From Candidatus Kapaibacterium sp. (GTDB taxonomy: Bacteria; Bacteroidota; Ignavibacteria; Kapaibacteriales; UBA2268), in the NCBI GenBank assembly GCA_963664875.1, contig OY761611.1:800001-864000 (forward strand): 64,000 nucleotides of DNA, written 5' to 3'. The translations under genes were made by a program, and so were the position numbers. Each line of letters starts with the position of its first letter. The stretch's first letter is position 1. Below are positions 58,322-64,000 of the stretch, piece after piece. The notes beneath the pieces were generated by a model, which saw only the letters and a program-made list of their open reading frames with translations, searched no databases and was not told the origin of the DNA.

Positions 58322-60694
58322 ATGCCTATGTTTGGCTCAATAATTATAAATGGACTTTTGATACTGTCCATCATTACAACTATTCTATACTATCTTTCCT
58401 TTAAAAAGGAAAACTTGCTGAAAACGGCTAGATCTTTTTACCATGTCATTACTTTAGGCATGATAGTAGCCTCTGCATATTTGATGTATAATGTGATGAC
58501 TCACAACTTCTCATTTACCTATATTTGGAGATATTCCTCTACAGAGCTGCCAAAATTTCTTTTGGCAACAACCTTTTATGCAGGACAAGAAGGCTCCTTT
58601 GCCTTATGGGCATTGATGCTATCTGTAATAGGTAGCTTGCTGATACCTTATGTAAAAAAACATAATTATGAAGCACCAGTGATGACAATATATTCTCTAA
58701 TTCTGGTATTTATCTTCTTAATTATGATAAACAAAAGTCCTTTTGAATATATTTGGGATTCGTTTCCGGATCAGAATATAGAGGCCGGATTTATGCCGGC
58801 TAATGGTAATGGGCTTAATCCTATTTTGCAGAACTACTGGAACGTGATACATCCACCGATATTATTTTTGGGCTTTTCCGCTATGTCTGTTCCTTTTGCA
58901 TTTGCATTTGCAGGCCTCATCAAAAGAGAATACCATAACTGGATAAAAGTATCTATGCCATGGACATTGTTTGCGACAGGTCTGCTCTCTCTCGGCATCA
59001 TGCTTGGAGGTTTCTGGGCTTACGAAACACTTGGTTGGGGTGGATTTTGGGGTTGGGATCCGGTAGAGAACGCTTCTCTGATTCCGCTGCTTACTGCTAT
59101 AGCACTTGTCCATACTATGCTTGTGCAAAAGAAGACCGGAGGTTTAATTCGTACTAATTTTGTTTTAGCGATTATAAGTTTTGTACTGGTAATATATTCT
59201 ACATTTTTAACAAGAAGCGGAATATTGGGTGATTCTTCTGTCCATTCATTCGGTGATCCGGGTAAACTGACTTATACATTATTGTTGGCATTTTTATCAT
59301 TTTTCACTTTAATTGGTATAATTGCTCTATTTGCAAGATTCAAAGACATAAGTAGAGTTGCCGGTAAATTAGAATTTCAGATGAGCTCTCGCGAATTTAT
59401 GCTATCACTCGGCTCTTTAGTTATCCTTGCTATAGCGGGCTTTGTTCTTGTTGGTACCAGCTGGCCTATTATACAGGAAGTTTTGGGACAGGCAAAAACA
59501 GGAGTTCAAATTTCCATCTACGATGCAGGCTCTCTCCCACTTACAGCTGTTGGATTAATTTTGATGGTATTTTCGGTATTTCTGAATTGGAAGATGACAC
59601 CTGCCGAATTATTAGTAAAAAAGATGTGGTTAGGTGTGCTTCTTGCTGCTATATTTACTAATGTTTTTATCTTTTTAGGCTATAACGAGTTTAAACATAT
59701 TGCTTTGGGATTTGCAGCATTTTTTGCTTTATTCTCAAATTTGGAATATTTAATCAAGACCGCAAGAAAGTACCCGAAATTGATTGGGGCTTACCTATCA
59801 CATTTTGGATTTGCTCTTCTTATTCTTGGGGTTATTGCTAGTGGTGGATATTCAGAATCTCAACAAATGACTTTAAAAGTCGGCCAGACTAAAGAGTTCA
59901 ACGGATATACATTCAAGTTTGTCGGTAAAAACCAAATAGAAAAGGAATTTAAAGACAGAGAAAAATTCCAGTATCTGGTCGAAGTAACTCATGACGGCAA
60001 AACAGATGTAGCTAAACCAATAATTTACTACAGTGACTTTAATCAACGCCAGCAACCATTTTTGGAACCGGGAATTTTGGAATCATTTTCTAGTGATATT
60101 TACCTGTCTCCAAACGTAGCAGACTACAAATATGATATTCCTATCATTTCCCTAGGAAAAGGCGACAAAATTGATGTACCTTTGGCTTCCGGTCTTGCTA
60201 TGACTGTAACAGGTTTTGACATGCAGTCTATGATGGGCGGAGATACAAACAACGGCACTCTTCCTTTTGGTGCGATAGTAGAGTTTTCCGATTCTGAAAG
60301 TACTTTTGTTGATACACTCTACTCCAATTTGGATCCACAATCATTTGTAGGCGAACCTAATTGGTTTACTTTAGAAAAGTACAATACAGACATTTCCTTT
60401 GTGCAGTTTATGCCTGATATGCAGGATATGGGCAAGTCAAAAGTTGCCTTTATTTTGAAAGAAGCAGGCAATGAGATGCCGGCACCGGTTGAATACTTTA
60501 GCTTCGAAGCATCTGTCAAACCACTGATTAATTTAGTTTGGGCAGGAACTATAGCCATAGTTGCCGGTTTCTTTATTGCTATCGGAAAATACACTAAATC
60601 GAAAGAAGCAGGCAATAATTTAGAAGATAATTCGGACAAAACAAAAACTGACAGCAATATTTTAGAAGAAAAACCGTATATTGCTAATAAGTAA
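58322..60694 (+). CDS. ccmF: Cytochrome c biogenesis protein CcmF
   Basis: GQEGS, GLNPILQ..W..IHPP, WAYETLGWGGFWGWDPVEN, TRSG...SVHSF, KPLINLVW. Confidence 0.95.
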   Translation: MPMFGSIIINGLLILSIITTILYYLSFKKENLLKTARSFYHVITLGMIVASAYLMYNVMTHNFSFTYIWRYSSTELPKFLLATTFYAGQEGSFALWALMLSVIGSLLIPYVKKHNYEAPVMTIYSLILVFIFLIMINKSPFEYIWDSFPDQNIEAGFMPANGNGLNPILQNYWNVIHPPILFLGFSAMSVPFAFAFAGLIKREYHNWIKVSMPWTLFATGLLSLGIMLGGFWAYETLGWGGFWGWDPVENASLIPLLTAIALVHTMLVQKKTGGLIRTNFVLAIISFVLVIYSTFLTRSGILGDSSVHSFGDPGKLTYTLLLAFLSFFTLIGIIALFARFKDISRVAGKLEFQMSSREFMLSLGSLVILAIAGFVLVGTSWPIIQEVLGQAKTGVQISIYDAGSLPLTAVGLILMVFSVFLNWKMTPAELLVKKMWLGVLLAAIFTNVFIFLGYNEFKHIALGFAAFFALFSNLEYLIKTARKYPKLIGAYLSHFGFALLILGVIASGGYSESQQMTLKVGQTKEFNGYTFKFVGKNQIEKEFKDREKFQYLVEVTHDGKTDVAKPIIYYSDFNQRQQPFLEPGILESFSSDIYLSPNVADYKYDIPIISLGKGDKIDVPLASGLAMTVTGFDMQSMMGGDTNNGTLPFGAIVEFSDSESTFVDTLYSNLDPQSFVGEPNWFTLEKYNTDISFVQFMPDMQDMGKSKVAFILKEAGNEMPAPVEYFSFEASVKPLINLVWAGTIAIVAGFFIAIGKYTKSKEAGNNLEDNSDKTKTDSNILEEKPYIANK

Positions 60695-60719
60695 TATACT
60701 ACATTTTTTAGGAGATCCT

Positions 60720-61325
60720 ATGTTTTTCAAAAAATTATCAACTTTAGCTTTAGTTCTTAGCGTAGCTTTTTCAACTGCTTGTAGCAGTGATGCAGACAAA
60801 GTTCAAACAAAAGATGTTGCATCAGCAACATTAAGTGCAGAAGCTCCTGCAAAAGAAAAATCTGTTTTTGAAATCAAAACAGTAAACCTAGGAGATCAGG
60901 TTTTACCTGATTTTACATGGGAACAAAACGGCAAAACAATCAAATTCTCTGACTATATAAAAGACAAAGTTGTATTTATAAACTTCTGGGGCACTTGGTG
61001 TCCTCCATGTAGAGCAGAAATACCTTATATCGTACAATTACAGAAAGAATATAAAGATAAAGATTTCGTAGTTGTTGGCTTTGCTTTAGAAAGAAATCCG
61101 GGCACAGAAGGTGTACAAAAATTTGTAGATGCTCAGGGTATTAACTATATAAACTTCATATCTTCGAGAACTGACCAAAATGCAATGCAAATTGTAAGTC
61201 ACTTTGGTCAAATCAATGCAGTACCTACTACAATGATTTTCAACAAAAAAGGTGAAAAGGTCGAAACAATCGTAGGTGGCAGAGATTACAAATCCTTCAA
61301 GGCTTCGATAGACAAAGCGATGTGA
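60720..61325 (+). CDS. TlpA/ResA/CcmG-like thiol-disulfide oxidoreductase lipoprotein
   Basis: AGGAG SD, lipobox STAC, NFWGTWCPPC, VPTT; follows ccmF. Confidence 0.88.
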   Translation: MFFKKLSTLALVLSVAFSTACSSDADKVQTKDVASATLSAEAPAKEKSVFEIKTVNLGDQVLPDFTWEQNGKTIKFSDYIKDKVVFINFWGTWCPPCRAEIPYIVQLQKEYKDKDFVVVGFALERNPGTEGVQKFVDAQGINYINFISSRTDQNAMQIVSHFGQINAVPTTMIFNKKGEKVETIVGGRDYKSFKASIDKAM

Positions 61326-61347
61326 AATCGCATCTTATAAAATATAT

Positions 61348-61418
61348 AAAAAAAACTCCGACTTTTTTTTATATCCTCTAAACTGTGGGATAGACAAGAA
61401 AAAGTCGGAGTTTTTTTT
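61348..61418. terminator. Bidirectional terminator
   Basis: AAAAAAAACTCCGACTTTTT...AAAAAGTCGGAGTTTTTTT. Confidence 0.8.
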
Positions 61419-61466
61419 AACTATTATATATTTGAAAACTCAATCAAATAATCATACGAACAAAGC

Positions 61467-62585
61467 TTATATTTTTATTTGCATAGAAAGTTTAAGCATA
61501 GTTTTGTCGGTAGATTCTTTGTCATTGTTAGTGGTTTCTAAATCAAGTACAAGCATATTTATATCATCAAACAAATACGCTACTCCCGCTATCATTCTTC
61601 TTTGGATATCGTTATCGATATCAATATTTAAATCAAGATAATCATATCTACCCATCAAACTAAACGACTCTGAAATCTTGTATTCGGCAAAAACAGAAGC
61701 TCCTTCGAACTCACCTGTCTGGAAATCAGTAATCTTATCATCGGTATATAAAGGCATATAATTATCACCTTCCATATTACCTTTTCCAAAAAGATATTGC
61801 CCAATAAGGGTAACGGATGATGATTCGTAAGTAGTCATAACATAATGATTTTGCCAATCAGCAAATTCTTCTTCTTTTTCTATATCAAATTCAATTGGTG
61901 AGTTACCTTCACCCAATACTGTAGAATAACTGAATTGAAGCCCCGGAATAATTGCCGGCATAGGACGGAAAGTTACTCGTCCATGAGCGGCAACAGAATT
62001 ATTTTCATTTATACCATTATAACCCGCACCGTTATAGACACCTAAGGCATAAGAACCATACTGTCCTGCATATTTTTTATTTTTGACCTTTTCTGTATAT
62101 TCTTTGGACATTTGACCACCAAAGTTACCAAACCAAACAATCCCTAAGTCTGCAGATTTTGTCAGTTTAGCACGTTCGGCAAACATTTTGCCCTGAACTC
62201 TATATCTGTTGATAGATTGTTCAAAATCTATATATGGAGTTTGTACCATACCGAATTCAAATTCGTTTTTGGTAAAAACTGACCAGTCTCCAACATCTAA
62301 AAGCCCGTAGAAATATTTAAAGCGCAATTCCAAACCATCATCATCTTCGTAGGTATCTACTGTCATTCTCATGGATAGATTGCCGTAAGCCTGCTTTTTT
62401 AAGGTAAGATATGCTCTGTCCATCTTTATGCCGGTGTGTGTAAGTTCTCCATTATCAATTTCTGATTCGGCAGAAATAAATCCAAGTAAGCTGATTTTTA
62501 ATTTGTCTTCCTCTTGTTTTTTTGCTTCCTCAGCATTAGCAAATACGCAAAGGAATAGACTGAATAGAAGAATATATTTCTTCAT
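61467..62585 (-). CDS. Outer-membrane porin, possibly phosphate-selective (OprO/P-like)
   Basis: Signal peptide; DRAYLT, RFKYFY, SADLG, GVYNGAG, RYDY; beta-strand pattern. Confidence 0.6.
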   Translation of the reverse strand: MKKYILLFSLFLCVFANAEEAKKQEEDKLKISLLGFISAESEIDNGELTHTGIKMDRAYLTLKKQAYGNLSMRMTVDTYEDDDGLELRFKYFYGLLDVGDWSVFTKNEFEFGMVQTPYIDFEQSINRYRVQGKMFAERAKLTKSADLGIVWFGNFGGQMSKEYTEKVKNKKYAGQYGSYALGVYNGAGYNGINENNSVAAHGRVTFRPMPAIIPGLQFSYSTVLGEGNSPIEFDIEKEEEFADWQNHYVMTTYESSSVTLIGQYLFGKGNMEGDNYMPLYTDDKITDFQTGEFEGASVFAEYKISESFSLMGRYDYLDLNIDIDNDIQRRMIAGVAYLFDDINMLVLDLETTNNDKESTDKTMLKLSMQIKI

Positions 62586-62632
62586 TCCGTTCTCCAAATA
62601 ATTAAATAAGAATTACCAATAACAACAACGTG

Positions 62633-62686
62633 CAAAAGTAGTTCTTGATTGTTAAGAAATTATAAAGATTTGAAGAAGTTTGTTAA
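62633..62686 (-). promoter_or_regulatory. TAnnTTTG -7 element preceded by TTAACA-like direct repeats (Pho-box-like)
   Basis: Minus strand reads TTAACA, TCTTCA, TTTATA, TTAACA at 10-11 bp spacing, then TACTTTTG. Confidence 0.4.
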
Positions 62687-62820
62687 GATGTAATAAATTT
62701 AATCAATTTTCCTTGATTTTCCTTAGCTCATTCTTAGCTATTGAAACAAATAATATATTTTCTCAATTATCAGGATTATGCTAAATTGCTTGATTGTATT
62801 GCAACTACATTTGAAATGAC

Positions 62821-64000
62821 ATGAGTGAAATTATCAATAAAAGTATAAAAATCAGCAGAGCAAGTCTCCACAACCTCAAGGATGTTGATGTAGAGATACC
62901 TCACAACAGACTAACAGTTATAACAGGCGTCAGCGGATCAGGCAAATCTACCCTTGCATTTGATACTCTTTACGCTGAGGGGCAAAGACGTTTTGTTGAG
63001 TCTCTTTCCTCTTATGCAAGACAATTTTTGGAAAGAATGGGAAAACCTGATGTCGAGTCTATTACCGGGCTCCCACCTGCAATAGCTATAGAGCAGAGAC
63101 CTCATTCGAGGAATCCACGTTCCACAGTCGGCACAAGCACCGAGCTTTATGACTATCTGCGTTTATTATTTGGTAGAATCGGAAAAACCAAATGCAAAAA
63201 ATGTGGAAGTGAAGTCAAAAAAGATACACCTGCGTCCGTCGTAAAATCTCTTATGAACTTGGAGGAATCTGATAGGCTATTCGTTTGTTTTGAGCCTAAA
63301 ATCAACGGAAGTAAATCAGTTGAAATTGTTGATAAATATAAAACTCTTGGCTTTTTCAGAGTCGTTAAAGCCGGGACAACTAATCTAATAGATCTTGAAG
63401 GTGAAGGAATTCCTGAAGATTTTCTAAGCTCTAAATATTACTTTTTAGTTGATAGAATTGTCTTTCGCAAAGATGATGAGAGTATTTCAAGACTAACAGA
63501 ATCTATAGAATCAGCTTTCCATTATGGAGAAGGAAGAATCTGTATAATCAATATCACAAATCAGTCAGAATATACTTTTAGCTCTGTTTATGAGTGCCCT
63601 GACTGCGATATTGTTTACTTAGAACCTGAACCTAAACTGTTTTCTTTCAATAATCCTTATGGTGCCTGCCCCTCTTGTCAGGGTTTTGGCAGAACAATCG
63701 GAATTGATGCAGATTTGGTGGTACCCGATAAATCACTTTCTTTGAAAAAGCATGCAATCCACCCTTTCAAAGGCGAAAAATTTGCAAAACATGAGACTGC
63801 ACTATTAAAGATTGCAAAAAAATATGATATACCTGTCAATGTACCTATCGTAAAAGTTCCAAAAGACAAAATGGAAATTATTTGGAACGGTGCAGATGAC
63901 TACATCGGGCTCAAGGCATTTTTCAAATATTTAGAGTCTAAAAGCTACAAAATGCACTATAGAGTGATGCTTAGCAAATACAGAGGCTACACTGAATGTG
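62821..64000 (+). CDS. uvrA: Excinuclease ABC subunit A, partial (runs off the right end)
   Basis: Manual translation: HNLKDVDVEIP...VITGVSGSGKSTLAFDTLYAEGQRRFVESLSSYARQF; FSFNNPYGACPSCQG. Confidence 0.96.
   Translation, partial: MSEIINKSIKISRASLHNLKDVDVEIPHNRLTVITGVSGSGKSTLAFDTLYAEGQRRFVESLSSYARQFLERMGKPDVESITGLPPAIAIEQRPHSRNPRSTVGTSTELYDYLRLLFGRIGKTKCKKCGSEVKKDTPASVVKSLMNLEESDRLFVCFEPKINGSKSVEIVDKYKTLGFFRVVKAGTTNLIDLEGEGIPEDFLSSKYYFLVDRIVFRKDDESISRLTESIESAFHYGEGRICIINITNQSEYTFSSVYECPDCDIVYLEPEPKLFSFNNPYGACPSCQGFGRTIGIDADLVVPDKSLSLKKHAIHPFKGEKFAKHETALLKIAKKYDIPVNVPIVKVPKDKMEIIWNGADDYIGLKAFFKYLESKSYKMHYRVMLSKYRGYTEC

Overview
A 64 kb AT-rich, mostly chromosomal window from an FCB-group bacterium. 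Ignavibacteria/Kapabacteria-like affinity is inferred from a T9SS C-terminal domain, TAnnTTTG-type promoter elements, Shine-Dalgarno use and CheW. Housekeeping genes include secG, lptF-like, tRNA-Leu(TAA), pyk, tamB, rsgA, recJ, a Dna2-like nuclease-helicase, yebC and a partial uvrA. No CRISPR array, rRNA or intact IS was found. The main signal is a redox region (about 40.5-61.3 kb). It holds a sensory [FeFe]-hydrogenase/phosphatase pair, an AlgE-like porin, an octaheme c-type cytochrome carrying a type IX secretion signal, a membrane-anchored reductive dehalogenase-like protein, an octaheme tetrathionate reductase-like protein, and Cys-type CcmE/CcmF/TlpA. Many of these share a 10-2-10 palindrome (TATATTGCTA-NN-TAGCAATATA) upstream, suggesting a co-regulated extracellular electron transfer system. 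Other highlights: a His-rich uORF ending in a RAPP arrest-like motif before a TonB-dependent receptor; a DUF4956/kinase-Omp85 operon; a catalytically degenerate RAYT-like gene; and a second TBDR interrupted by one in-frame TAA. All family assignments come from motif recognition by eye, with no database searches.
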